DNA of 64,000 nucleotides from contig OY762964.1 in assembly GCA_963667035.1 (NCBI GenBank), forward strand, positions 32,001-96,000, given 5' to 3'. This DNA is from Candidatus Cloacimonadales bacterium (lineage in GTDB: Bacteria; Cloacimonadota; Cloacimonadia; Cloacimonadales; JAFGVF01). The position numbers were made by a program, and so were the translations under genes. Below are positions 20,039 to 31,500 of the stretch, piece by piece. Under the pieces are notes generated by a model. That model had not been told where the DNA came from, did no database searches, and saw only the letters and a list, made by a program, of their open reading frames with translations. Positions within the stretch are counted from its first letter, which is position 1. Every line of letters starts with the position of its first letter.

Positions 20039-21190
20039 TTAATCAATTAGTTTTCTTCTAATATCTAGTGGTATTCTGGAAAGAATTTCGTAGTTAACTT
20101 GTTGACTTATTTCGCTAAACGAATCAACAGATATGGACAAATTATCTTGAGAACCTACTATTATTACTTCGTCACTTGTTTTTACTTTATCCAGATTTGA
20201 GACATTTGCTATAATCATGTTCATGTTAACAAGACCTATTACTCCACATCTTACTCCATGAATCAAAACTCTTCCGTGATTACTCAGCGATCTACTGTAT
20301 CCGTTTGAATAACCTACCGGGATAATGGCAATTGTCATATCTTCCTGAGCTAAAAATGTTGTACCATAGCTTATAAACTCACCTGTTTTTACTTTCTTTA
20401 CACTCATAACTTTTGTTTTCCAACATATAACTCTCTGGAGAGGATCTTTTATTGATTTATTACGACTAACATATCTTAAATAGGTTTCTTTATTAGACCA
20501 AAATCCATACTGCATAATTCCGATACGTACCAAGTTAAAGCGTGCTTCAGGATAGCTAAAAGCACCTGCTGAACAAGCTATATGATAATATTCGGGAAAT
20601 ATCTCTTTGTTATGGAGTTTCTTTAATCTCAATTTGAAAGTATTAATCTGCTTTTTTACCCTAACATGGTTAGCAATACTTTCCGCACCAGCCAGATGTG
20701 AACAAACTCCTTTTACTACTAAATGCTTACTCTTTTCCACTATCATATCTAGGGCTATATTAAGTTCTCTTGAGTTTAACCCGGTTCTGTTTAAACCTGT
20801 CTCAATTTCAATATGTATTTTGGCTTTAATTTGCAGTTTCTCAGATATCTTTATTGATTGCTTGAGTCTTTCCAAGTTGAATACAAAGAACTCAAATCCT
20901 TTTATAATAGCATCTTCCAAATCATTATCATCAATCCACCCCATAATCATTATGTCTGAGGAATCTGATAGCACTTTATAAGCTCTTATAGCTTCTGTAT
21001 AGCTGAAAACGGAGAAGTGATTAATACCATTTCTCTCAGCTTCTTTAGCAAACAATTCTATCCCATGTCCATAAGCGTTAGCTTTTATTACGGAGGATAT
21101 CCGAATACTATTCCCCATAGCATCTTTCAAAAAGTTTATGTTGTTTCTAATTGCATTACGACTTAACAGTATTTCAGTTGATGAACTCAT
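20039..21190 (-). CDS. alr: alanine racemase family protein
   Basis: VIKANAYGHG, ETGLNRTG, SHLA and GYSNG motifs. Confidence 0.9.
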   Translation of the reverse strand: MSSSTEILLSRNAIRNNINFLKDAMGNSIRISSVIKANAYGHGIELFAKEAERNGINHFSVFSYTEAIRAYKVLSDSSDIMIMGWIDDNDLEDAIIKGFEFFVFNLERLKQSIKISEKLQIKAKIHIEIETGLNRTGLNSRELNIALDMIVEKSKHLVVKGVCSHLAGAESIANHVRVKKQINTFKLRLKKLHNKEIFPEYYHIACSAGAFSYPEARFNLVRIGIMQYGFWSNKETYLRYVSRNKSIKDPLQRVICWKTKVMSVKKVKTGEFISYGTTFLAQEDMTIAIIPVGYSNGYSRSLSNHGRVLIHGVRCGVIGLVNMNMIIANVSNLDKVKTSDEVIIVGSQDNLSISVDSFSEISQQVNYEILSRIPLDIRRKLID

Positions 21191-21191
21191 A

Positions 21192-22325
21192 TTATCCCTT
21201 TATAAGACATTCCTTGTAGATTTGATAAAAAATCTCAACACCCGTAAATATGATTTCGTCTGGGAAATCATATTCTGGATTATGTAGGTTAGCATGTTCT
21301 ACTCCGGCACCAAGCCCAAAAAAGGTACCTTTGTATTTGTTTGTGAAGTATGCGAAGTCTTCTGACCATTTGAAAGGTGTGCTTAGAATTTCTTTTTCTA
21401 ATCCTAGCTTGTTGCAGGCATTACTCAATACCTCAAAACTATCGTTATCATTTATTACAGCAGGGAATATCTCTCTATAACTAATCTCCGATTCCAAATG
21501 TTCCTCAAGACAAACTTGTCTAACTATTGCTTCCGAATCACTTACTAATTTCTGCATATCTTTATTAGTTGCTGAACGAAGAGTTAGCATGAACTCTGCA
21601 TACCCGGGAGTTGTCCCGAAAGCTATCTCGCCTAATTTAATATGAATAATGGTTAAGAGTGTAAAATCATCATATCGTGATTTATCTATATTGAGATTAT
21701 TAAATCGGCTAATCAACTTCTCAATTGCATGAACAGGACTATTCCCATTTTCCGGTTCAGCCGCATGTGAAGTTTTCCCTATGAGTTTGATAATCATGCC
21801 TCTGGAAGCACACGCAAAGCTATCTCTTTTCAATAAAATTGTCTTAAGTTTATATCCGGGGACATTATGCAGACCGAATACCCTATTCGGTTTTATGGCT
21901 TTAAAATCTGGATTGTTAACAATAAGTTTTGCTCCCTCACCGGTTTCTTCAGCAGGTTGAAACAGTAATACAACTTTTCCTTTATCGGGAGGATCTTTGG
22001 CTATTCTTGAAGCTAAACCGTAAAGGATAGTCATGTGCCCATCATGACCACAACAGTGACTTACATTAGGAGATTTTGAGCAATAATTAGTCTTGCAGTT
22101 CTCTTGAATTGGCAAGGCATCCATATCTGCCCTAAACATTATGGTATCTCCTACCTTATTGCTATCCCAAATTGCAGCAAATCCATAGTCAAAACAAATA
22201 ACGTTATCCGGATTTAACTCGTGGATATATTCCTTAAGTATGTTTGAAGTTTCTTTCTCAAAGTGAGATAATTCTGCAGTCTGATGCAAAAGATGTCTTA
22301 ATTGTTTTAATTTTCTTTTCTTCAT
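21192..22325 (-). CDS. M20D amidohydrolase
   Basis: RADMDALP, HCCGHDGH, FQPAEE, SEDF and LHNPEYDF. Confidence 0.92.
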   Translation of the reverse strand: MKKRKLKQLRHLLHQTAELSHFEKETSNILKEYIHELNPDNVICFDYGFAAIWDSNKVGDTIMFRADMDALPIQENCKTNYCSKSPNVSHCCGHDGHMTILYGLASRIAKDPPDKGKVVLLFQPAEETGEGAKLIVNNPDFKAIKPNRVFGLHNVPGYKLKTILLKRDSFACASRGMIIKLIGKTSHAAEPENGNSPVHAIEKLISRFNNLNIDKSRYDDFTLLTIIHIKLGEIAFGTTPGYAEFMLTLRSATNKDMQKLVSDSEAIVRQVCLEEHLESEISYREIFPAVINDNDSFEVLSNACNKLGLEKEILSTPFKWSEDFAYFTNKYKGTFFGLGAGVEHANLHNPEYDFPDEIIFTGVEIFYQIYKECLIKG

Positions 22326-22380
22326 ATTCTCATTTGATTAAATTCCGATTAACAAGTCTAAACAAGCACAATTCTTAAAT

Positions 22381-22630
22381 AAAAAAAAGCACTCTAACTC
22401 CATTTTAATAGAGTTAGAGTGCCTAAAAGTTTGCTACAAAGTAACTAATTTCTATACCATAAATTATAGTATAACTCATTGCCTTTAAAAAGACCCTGAA
22501 TAAACCACAGTTCTATTGCAAGTTTTTCAATTATGCTTTCCTTATTATGGAATGCTAACATATCGACTGCAGTAGAAACATCCGATAGCTCACATCCCAA
22601 GTAATCACAGAATCTACTTCACATTCATAC
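22381..22630 (-). promoter_or_regulatory. long structured 5' leader ending in an intrinsic terminator (candidate riboswitch/attenuator)
   Basis: TTGACT promoter near 22660, a long imperfect hairpin at 22549-22598, and a 12-bp terminator plus U8 at 22381-22422 ahead of the amidohydrolase ATG. Confidence 0.55.
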
Positions 22631-22911
22631 TCAAAATATAATTATGAATTAAAACAAGTCAAATGATTCTTTTCTATTATCCTAAGTCTAATAATGGGGA
22701 TGACAATAAATCTAAACTGGCTGCAAATGCATCAGTTTTCGCAAATTGCAAAAGAATTAGGGTAAGGATATTATCAATAGCTCTAAAACATTTGACAAGA
22801 TAGAATAGTCTGGAAAAGTATTGCTTTTTTAGTGAATGCCAAATTCCCGTCCATCAATTCGGGGTAAAATAGAGCTTATTCGCTTGATAATTTTTAAGAA
22901 ATGGAGTTGTT

Positions 22912-23871
22912 ATGAAGATATTAATTACAGGTGGAGCAGGATTTATCGGTTCTCATCTGGCTGAAAAATTGCTTAGTCAAGGACATAAAGTTCATGTTAT
23001 TGACAATCTTTCAACTGGAAGGCTTGAAAACATTGCTCATTTAAAATCTAACCCTAATTTTTCTATCACAATTGGAACAATCTTAAACTATGATTTGATG
23101 GATGAGTTAATAAACGGTTGCGATCAGATATATCACATGGCGGCCGCAGTTGGTGTTAAATACATAATTGAAAATCCCCTTTTATCTCTTCAGACAAATG
23201 TTGTTGGAAGTGAGTATATACTTGAATTAGCTAATAAGTATAAAGCTAAAGTACTTGTTACCTCTACAAGTGAGATATATGGCAAAAGTGAGAACATTCC
23301 TTTTGCTGAGAAAGATGACAGACTTTTAGGCTCAACCCATATTAGTAGATGGGGTTACAGTACTGCTAAAGCAATTGATGAGTTCTTTGCTTTAGCTTAT
23401 TATAGAGAGAAGAAACTTCCTGTAGTTATCGTTAGATTGTTTAATACTGTCGGTCCCAGACAAACCGGTCAATATGGTATGGTTGTTCCTAAATTCGTTA
23501 AAGCTGCCTTATTAAATCAACCAATGGTTATATACGGAGATGGTAAGCAATCTCGCTGTTTTACTGATGTTGATGATGTTAGTAGTGCCATTATTAAGCT
23601 TATGGAAACTCCTGAGTGTGAAGGCGAGATTTTCAATGTAGGAAGCACAAACCCAATCTCTATTGAAGCATTAGCAGTAAGAGTTAAGGAAATGGTCAAT
23701 AGTAAATCCAGAATTGAATATATGAAATATGAGGATGTATTTGAAGAAGGATTTGAAGATATGAGAGATAGAATGCCTGATATAACAAAAATTAAAGAAT
23801 ACATCGGTTATGAACCAAAGCATGATTTAGAAGCAATTATTACAAGGATAGTTGAATATTATGAAAAATAG
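22912..23871 (+). CDS. NAD-dependent nucleotide-sugar epimerase/dehydratase
   Basis: GGAGFIG, TSTSEIYG, YSTAK and RLFNTVGPRQ. Confidence 0.92.
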   Translation: MKILITGGAGFIGSHLAEKLLSQGHKVHVIDNLSTGRLENIAHLKSNPNFSITIGTILNYDLMDELINGCDQIYHMAAAVGVKYIIENPLLSLQTNVVGSEYILELANKYKAKVLVTSTSEIYGKSENIPFAEKDDRLLGSTHISRWGYSTAKAIDEFFALAYYREKKLPVVIVRLFNTVGPRQTGQYGMVVPKFVKAALLNQPMVIYGDGKQSRCFTDVDDVSSAIIKLMETPECEGEIFNVGSTNPISIEALAVRVKEMVNSKSRIEYMKYEDVFEEGFEDMRDRMPDITKIKEYIGYEPKHDLEAIITRIVEYYEK

Positions 23872-25300
23872 AGTTTTCCTTCTTTTACCCCTCTTTTTAG
23901 GATTAATTACATTTATTTCTGCACTTCCTATCACAGTCAATGTTGTTGGGTATGTTAGGCAACCGGGTGTTGTTATTTTGGATAATAATAATAGAGTATC
24001 AGATGCTATATTAATGGCTAATCAGCTTCCTAATCAACAGTTTTTAAACGAATCTGATGATGAGCTTTACACAAGTGAAGATATGGAGAAGCTTCTTGAT
24101 GAAAGACAGGAAGAAATCATTGCTACAACTCAAGGTGAAGAAAAACCTTCAATAATGAGTAAGACTTTACTTGATCAAAAAGTGCTGAGTTTCGATAATC
24201 TACCATCAAAGATGTCTTTGCGAAAAGTGAAGCTTGTTAGAAATGGAGATGAACAAATTTTAGATATACTTAGCTATTTTAGATTAGGTAGTACGGATAA
24301 CAACCCATATTTAATGGACGGAGATGTGTTAATTGTTCCATGTAAAGATATGGAAGTTAGTCTTAACGGTAGTTGGAACCAAGTGCAAAAACTTGAGTTA
24401 GCCGAGGGAGATAAATTATCGGATATAGTAGCTCTTGGTCTGGGACTTCAATCAGAAGCCGATATGAATAGAGCTTTTGTTTACAGATTTACAGAAGATT
24501 TAACTTCAAGAACAACTATTCCAATAAATATATCTAATGCAATAGAGAATCCAGGCTCTATTGATGACATTGAGTTACATAATGGCGATGAAATCTATGT
24601 CTTTAAAAGACCTAAATATGTTGGGAAAGAATATGTAACTATAGAAGGTATGCTCAAATATCCTGGAAAATACCCAATTAATAATGGACAGATGAGTCTG
24701 CTTGAATTACTCGAAAAAAGTGGTGGTCCTTCTGAACGAGGAGATTTATCACTTGCTTATGTCCTTGATTCTGAGCTTAATACTGCTGAAGATGAAGACT
24801 ATAATAGACTTAAAAGAATGTCCCCTGCGTCAATGTCAGATTCAGAGTATGGATATTTTATTTTACGCCTGAGAGAGATGAAAGGTAAGTATTCTGTTGA
24901 TTTGAAAAAACTTTGGGAAACAAAAGATAGCAAATATGATACATACATAAAACCCGGTACATATATTTATGTTCCTGAAAAGATGGATAAAATTATTGTG
25001 TCCGGTCATGTAAAGAATCCGGGTATTTATGATTATGAGGAAGGATTGACTTGGAAAGAGTGGATTGATAGAGCCGGAGGTAAGATTAAACAAAGCAGAA
25101 TTAGCAAATCAAGAATCATTGATGCTAAGACCGGTCATTGGATAAAGCCAAAGAAAAACACTATTGTTAATGCCGGTGATATGGTATTTGTTCCGCAAGT
25201 ACAAGATCGTTCATTATGGACAGACACTCAGAAAGTTATTGCTTTCTCATCGCAGATTATTACAATTATTTTGGGTATAAATTCACTTACATCGAATTAA
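23861..25300 (+). CDS. SLBB-domain polysaccharide export protein (Wza-like)
   Basis: Repeated V.G.V..PG.Y SLBB units and a signal peptide. Confidence 0.82.
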   Translation: MKNRVFLLLPLFLGLITFISALPITVNVVGYVRQPGVVILDNNNRVSDAILMANQLPNQQFLNESDDELYTSEDMEKLLDERQEEIIATTQGEEKPSIMSKTLLDQKVLSFDNLPSKMSLRKVKLVRNGDEQILDILSYFRLGSTDNNPYLMDGDVLIVPCKDMEVSLNGSWNQVQKLELAEGDKLSDIVALGLGLQSEADMNRAFVYRFTEDLTSRTTIPINISNAIENPGSIDDIELHNGDEIYVFKRPKYVGKEYVTIEGMLKYPGKYPINNGQMSLLELLEKSGGPSERGDLSLAYVLDSELNTAEDEDYNRLKRMSPASMSDSEYGYFILRLREMKGKYSVDLKKLWETKDSKYDTYIKPGTYIYVPEKMDKIIVSGHVKNPGIYDYEEGLTWKEWIDRAGGKIKQSRISKSRIIDAKTGHWIKPKKNTIVNAGDMVFVPQVQDRSLWTDTQKVIAFSSQIITIILGINSLTSN

Positions 25301-25321
25301 ACATTCTCTAGGAGTTAAAAA

Positions 25322-26425
25322 ATGAAAGTACCTTTATTAGACTTACATGCACAGTATGCACCGATAATGGATGAAATTAGAAAAGAGATGGATAAGGTTT
25401 TTGATAGCCATTGGTATATTCTAGGACCAAGCGTTAAAGAGTTTGAGGCTAAAGTTCAAGAATATCTTGATGCAAAATGTGCTATTGGCTGTGCATCAGG
25501 AACAGACGCTTTGATTCTAGCTTTGAAAGCTTTGAATATTGGCGAAGGCGATGAAGTGATTACAACTCCATTTACATTCTTTGCAACTGCCGGAGCAATT
25601 GCTCGTGTAAACGCTACTCCTGTATTTGTTGATATACTCCCTGATACTTTTAATATTAATACTGAACTCATTGAAGCAAAGATTACGGATAAAACAAAGG
25701 CAATTATGCCTGTTCACTTGTTTGGTCAAGCCAGTGATATGGATGCCATTATGAAGATCGCTAAGAAACATGATTTAAGAGTTATCGAAGATAATGCTCA
25801 AGGCATCGGTTGCACTTATGACGGAAAAGCTGCGGGAACTATTGGTGATATCGGAACTCTCTCTTTCTTCCCAAGTAAGAACTTAGGAACGATGGGTGAC
25901 GGAGGTATGTGTTTAACTAATAATGAACAAGTAGCTGATAATCTTAAACAGTTACGTGTTCATGGAGAAAAACCTAAATATATCCACAAATGGGTTGGTC
26001 TCAATAGTAGGCTCGACTCTCTTCATGCAGCGGTTCTCAAAGTTAAGCTTGAATACCTTGAAGGTTGGTCTGAAGCCAGAAGAAAGAATGCAGATTACTA
26101 CTACGAGAATCTTGCAGATGTAAAAGGTATTAAGTTACCTGTGATTGCTCCTAAAGCTGTGTCAATATATAACCAATTCACTCTACAAGCAGAAAGAAGA
26201 GATGAACTCATGGAGCACCTCAAAGCAAATGACATAGGTTGTGCTGTATATTATCCGCTTCCATTACATCTACAAGAATGTTTTGCTGAGTTAGGTTATA
26301 AAAAAGGGGATATGCCAGTGTCTGAAGAAATGGCAGATAAAGTACTCTCCATTCCAATCTATTCAGAGTTATCAAGAGAACAGCAAGATTTTGTGATTGA
26401 AAAGATTAAAGAATTTTATAAATAG
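25322..26425 (+). CDS. DegT/DnrJ/EryC1/StrS aminotransferase
   Basis: SGTDAL, PVHLFGQ, IEDNAQ, SFFPSKNLG and NSRLD. Confidence 0.95.
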   Translation: MKVPLLDLHAQYAPIMDEIRKEMDKVFDSHWYILGPSVKEFEAKVQEYLDAKCAIGCASGTDALILALKALNIGEGDEVITTPFTFFATAGAIARVNATPVFVDILPDTFNINTELIEAKITDKTKAIMPVHLFGQASDMDAIMKIAKKHDLRVIEDNAQGIGCTYDGKAAGTIGDIGTLSFFPSKNLGTMGDGGMCLTNNEQVADNLKQLRVHGEKPKYIHKWVGLNSRLDSLHAAVLKVKLEYLEGWSEARRKNADYYYENLADVKGIKLPVIAPKAVSIYNQFTLQAERRDELMEHLKANDIGCAVYYPLPLHLQECFAELGYKKGDMPVSEEMADKVLSIPIYSELSREQQDFVIEKIKEFYK

Positions 26426-26440
26426 ATTTAAGGTAAGAAA

Positions 26441-27223
26441 ATGAATATTATTGTATGTATTAAGCAAGTACCGGATACTACTGAGATTAGGATTAATCCG
26501 GAAACTAATACACTTATGCGCGATGGTGTAGAAAGCATTATCAATCCTTTTGATCTTTATGCTATTGAAGAGGCCATAAGACTTAAAGAACAGTATGGTG
26601 GTAAAATTACTGCTATAAGTATGGGACCACCTCAAGCTGAAATTGCTTTACGTGATTCAGTTGCTTTAGGTATTGATGAGATAGTTCTTTTATCAGACCG
26701 TAAGTTTGCCGGAGCAGATACATGGGCAACAAGTCTAACTTTAGCTGCAGCAGTAAAAAAGGTTCAGGATTATGATTTGATACTTATGGGACAGCAAGCT
26801 ATTGATGGAGACACTGCTCAAGTAGGTCCCGGTGTTGCTGCTCATCTTGGTATCCCTCAATTGTGTTTTACCAGAAAGATTGAAAAAGTGGAAGATAGCA
26901 AACTTATTGCCCAAAGATTAATGGAAGATGGATTTGATCGAGTTGAGATTCCTTTACCTGCAGTTATGACTGTTGTGAAAGAAATCAATGAGCCTAGACT
27001 CCCATCTCTGAGAGGTAAAAGGAATGCTCGTAAAGCAGAGCTTGTTACATGGAATGCAGATGATCTTGGTCTTGATGAAAAAGATATTGGTCTAAATGGT
27101 TCTCCTACACAAGTAGTTGGTATCTTCACTCCTAAGTTTGAGAAGAAAGTGGAGAAGTTTGAAGGTGAAGCTGCAGAAGCAGTTGATTTAATTGTTAAAC
27201 GTTTAAAAGAACTCACAAACTAA
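26441..27223 (+). CDS. etfB: electron transfer flavoprotein beta subunit
   Basis: CIKQVPDT, FAGADTWAT, QAIDGDTAQVGP and GLNGSPTQV. Confidence 0.93.
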   Translation: MNIIVCIKQVPDTTEIRINPETNTLMRDGVESIINPFDLYAIEEAIRLKEQYGGKITAISMGPPQAEIALRDSVALGIDEIVLLSDRKFAGADTWATSLTLAAAVKKVQDYDLILMGQQAIDGDTAQVGPGVAAHLGIPQLCFTRKIEKVEDSKLIAQRLMEDGFDRVEIPLPAVMTVVKEINEPRLPSLRGKRNARKAELVTWNADDLGLDEKDIGLNGSPTQVVGIFTPKFEKKVEKFEGEAAEAVDLIVKRLKELTN

Positions 27224-27234
27224 TAAAGGATTCG

Positions 27235-27258
27235 GGACGGCTTAGCCCGTCCCTTTTT
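27235..27258 (+). terminator. intrinsic terminator after etfB
   Basis: GGGACGG...CCGTCCC followed by a T-tract. Confidence 0.75.
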
Positions 27259-27266
27259 GTTTTCTT

Positions 27267-28091
27267 ATGATAAAATTCCCGGAATTCAACCCAAACATAG
27301 TTTCCTTCCATATAGGAAATTTCCCTATTCAGATTAGATGGTATGGACTTCTATATATCATTAGTTTTGTCATAGCTTTTTTTACTGCTAGAAGTTTCTT
27401 CAAATACAGAAAAATACAGATGGATAAAGACCAGTATGAAACATTCATATTTGATATCGCACTCGGAGTAATTCTGGGTGGACGTATCGGTTACATTATC
27501 TTCTATGATATTGTCTCATTTATCCATAATCCTCTCGTCCTTTTTCAAGTATGGAATGGTGGCATGTCTTTCCATGGTGGGGCTATTGGAGTGCTGCTCA
27601 TGGTATGGCGATTCTGCAAAAAGAATAAGATGGATTACATCGCCATTGGTGATGTTTCAATGCCATTAGTTGCAGTTGGTCTTGGATTAGGAAGATTCGG
27701 TAATTTCATTAATGCAGAGTTATACGGTCACAAAAGCAATCTTCCTTGGGCAATGGTATTCCCAACTGACCCCCTACGAATCCCAAGGCATCCGACTCAG
27801 CTCTACGAGATGTTTCTTGAAGGAATTCTCATGTTCTTCATTCTTTGGTTCATCTTAAAGAAATCTAAGATTATTGGTACTGTATTCTGGTCATTCTTCC
27901 CATTATACGGAATATTTAGAATCTTTATTGAGTTTTTCAGAGTTAGAGACAACATCCCGACCTTGTATCCCAATGGACTTTTATGGGGTATTTTGCCAAT
28001 TTCTCAAGGACAATTTTTAAGTGCTATTATGATTGTATTCGGCTTAGCAGGATTGATTTTCTCTATTAAAAAAGGAAGAAGATCAGCTTAG
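27267..28091 (+). CDS. lgt: prolipoprotein diacylglyceryl transferase
   Basis: IRWYG, GGRIGY, GGMSFHG, GRFGNFINAELYG and RHPTQLYE. Confidence 0.96.
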   Translation: MIKFPEFNPNIVSFHIGNFPIQIRWYGLLYIISFVIAFFTARSFFKYRKIQMDKDQYETFIFDIALGVILGGRIGYIIFYDIVSFIHNPLVLFQVWNGGMSFHGGAIGVLLMVWRFCKKNKMDYIAIGDVSMPLVAVGLGLGRFGNFINAELYGHKSNLPWAMVFPTDPLRIPRHPTQLYEMFLEGILMFFILWFILKKSKIIGTVFWSFFPLYGIFRIFIEFFRVRDNIPTLYPNGLLWGILPISQGQFLSAIMIVFGLAGLIFSIKKGRRSA

Positions 28092-28510
28092 AATAATTAT
28101 ATACCCTATTACTATATAGCCAAAAGCTTATTTTATAGCTTTTGGCTATTTACAATTATCTACAATTATCTACCGTATGGTCAAAATAAGCTTACACCTC
28201 TTTATTATATTGCTTCCTAAATAACATCAAAGAAACTGATTCATTCTAAACTGATTTTCGTTGATTAATACACCACTCTCTAAGTCTTATAGACAGTAGA
28301 ATAGTGCAATAATATATTATTTGTTTACCAACAGGATATATAGTATAAATGAATTGCAAGTAAAAGTAGATAATCATAATTATTTAAATTAAAAATAAAA
28401 ATAAATAAAAGCTTGACATACCAATGTTAGCACTAATTTACTATAAACATTAAATTGGGGTAACAAGTCTTTACTGCGGATCTGTATCACAAAACTAAAA
28501 GGAGTAAAAC

Positions 28511-31500
28511 ATGAAAAGATTATTCATTTGTTTATTACTGGTTGTGATTGTGTCGCTAAATGCCGGAGTTGTTCAAAGAGGATTTGGTTATCCCAGCTTA
28601 GTCCACTCAAGAAGAGCTAACAATCCGGGAGACTACACAACTTATTCATTCACAATATCTGAAACACAAGATAGTGATCTTGAGAAGGTATATAATGTGC
28701 CTAATTTTACAGGCGAAGATGCTTATCTTAATAATGAGGTCGTTTTGTCTGCAGCAGGAGATATTAACGGAGACGGAATGGATGACGTTATCTTTGTCTA
28801 TGAGTATGGTTCCGATGTTGGAACATATAATGTTTACAATAGCGTGACTAAGGATCCAACCTTGGACGGAAAAGAAGATAACAGTCTGGTTGCAATCTAT
28901 GATGGTTTTGATGGTGCCTTGTTATGTAAATTCTTTGGTGCAGGGAATGGTATGGGATTCTATCTTGTTGAAACAGGAGATTTTGATGCAGACGGAAAGG
29001 ACGAAATTGCATTGGTTCGTCATGCATCGGTAGATGTTGAAGATCCTAATCTGGGTAACGATGGAATCTTTGATGGAAGTTGCTTGATGATTTATGATTT
29101 CTATTTGAATAATGAAGGGACTCTGATTCAAGATTTAGTATGGTATACATCACCCCAAGATGTTCCTAATCTTACTCCTCCCTTAGAGCATACCGATGCA
29201 ATCTTCAAGATGAAAAGAGGGTACTTCAATAATGATACGGCAATGGATTTGATTGTTATGTATCATTACGGTTCGGTCAACAATTTGCAGAATGACCTTA
29301 CTAAAGATAACAGTGTGCTGGTTGCTTATGATGTCGTCCATGAAACAGTATTATGGAGTCAGAAGTGTATTGGACAAAATGGAGACCAGACTTCCGCAGG
29401 ATTTGGAGGTTATGAACTTCTGGTAGGGAACTTCGATAATGATAAAAGAAACGAGATTGCTCATATAAGGCATTCTTCTAGTGATATTACTGGTGATGGT
29501 ATTGCAGATGGATCATACTTAAGATTCATTGATGATAATGGTGCATATATGTCTGAATATCCAAATCATCCTAATGCAGATTCTACAGATCCAATCTATA
29601 TGTGCGAATTGGGTGATTTTAACGGAGATGGTAAAGATGATGTTTGCTTAGTGCAAAGATATGGTCCAGACAATGATAATGACAATATCAAAGATGAAAG
29701 CATAATGTTTACATACGATATTTATAATCATGCCAGACTTAATGGTGACGGAATTACAAATGTATATTCTATAAACGCTTTCTCTGTTATGGAAGTACTG
29801 GATTATAATGGAGACGGAAACGACGATGTATGGCTGTCTTCCTTGATTCCTTCTAACTCATCCAGTTATACAAGGTTGTATTCAGGTGGATTGACTTTAT
29901 CAAGTACTAAGTACTTTCCTGAAGAGTTATTAAAATATCAATCAGCTGATTTTGATAATGACGGTGATGATGAGTTAGTCGCAATAACAGATCAAGGAAA
30001 TCACAGTCAGATTGATATTTATGAGAATGGTAGTACAGCACCTATCTATACGAGGGAGAATTCAGCTTATTATTGTACTCATCTTAATATCCTAAACAAC
30101 GAAATTACCGATATTGAATTCATTAATACCGTTTTACCCGTTCCATTTAATCTTTCATACCCCGCTTCTAATCTAACCACACTTGTATCATACTTTTTTA
30201 ACAACATAGATGATGTCTCAAGTACACACTTATACTTCGATACAACAAATTATAATCAGTTAAACACTTCTTCTACTGCTTTTGGTACAGAAACTTTGGA
30301 GGGTGATTATCATAACTTCTATTGGAATCCTATTAAACTGACTAGCAAGTCATATTGTACAGTCTCAACTAGATTAAGAAGACTGATGTACGATATGCAT
30401 TACAAGCTAGATAATAGTATTTATAGCAGTGCAGATCCGAGAACATTAAAAGTAGCTAAAAGTATTATATCTCATCTCCGTTATTTGAGTGGTAAAAGTA
30501 GATTTGACTACCGATGGAATGGTGGAATGTTGTTTGAACTTCCTGCATATATTGATGGATACAAGATTGTTGCTCACATGAATAATTTCTCAACTATAGA
30601 TGAAATCATCAATTATAGAATTGACCAACAGAATCTTTCGGTTTTAGATGATGGATACTACTCGGAATCTGCTTATAGTTATAGTGTTTATTTCGCACAA
30701 CTAGAACTTAAGTTCTTAAACACAATTGCTTCTAATGCATCAATTTTCCCATACAGTAGTACTCATCTTAGTGAAAAGTACGATGTAATGAAAAAGATGT
30801 ATGATTATTATCTATATTCAGTAAAACCAATTCAATTACCGGGTAATGTCAATTCAGGTTCAATGTCTTTTGATTTACCAATAATAGGAGATTCTCATGC
30901 TTACTTTGATAGGTATACAGGTAAGTATTCTTCAGGGAATACTTCAATTCTTGATCTTCCATCAATATATAATGCTCAATTCTCATCTCAGTTTATGTCA
31001 GAGTTAGAGTTTGCTCAGGATATTGGAACCGGTAGTTTACCGATAGATTTTGATGTAAGTAAATCATTCCCCTCAGGAAGAATATTTATCTCTAGAAGCA
31101 ATTGGAAAAATAGTCTGGGCTGTTATGACAATAATGCCAGATATTGTCATTTCAAAGTAGGGAAGAGAGAAGGAATCGCAAACAAAGGACATATGCATTC
31201 AGATCTGTTAAGTCTGGATATTTGCGGGTATGATAAAAACATGCTCATTGATTTGGGTGGTTATGGTTTTACAAACTTAACTGCCGTTAGTAATTTCGAT
31301 AGTTTGAGATTTGAAGACTTGTATTTCTTCAATCATGAGGATATCGAGATGAATACAGCATCATACTCAAGGAATCAATACATATTCAGACATTATTTCT
31401 TAGGTGATGCTGCTCATAATACTATTTATATCCCTGACTACGAGCAAATTGATTTCATAATAGACGGTGCTATACCTTCGGTTTGGGGTAATAGCACTCC

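Noticed and set aside
22381..22630. Assignment of the amidohydrolase leader as a lysine riboswitch or T-box
   Set aside because: It lacks the AGAGGUGC start and other lysine consensus blocks and has no GGTGGTACCGCG T-box, so it is left unassigned.
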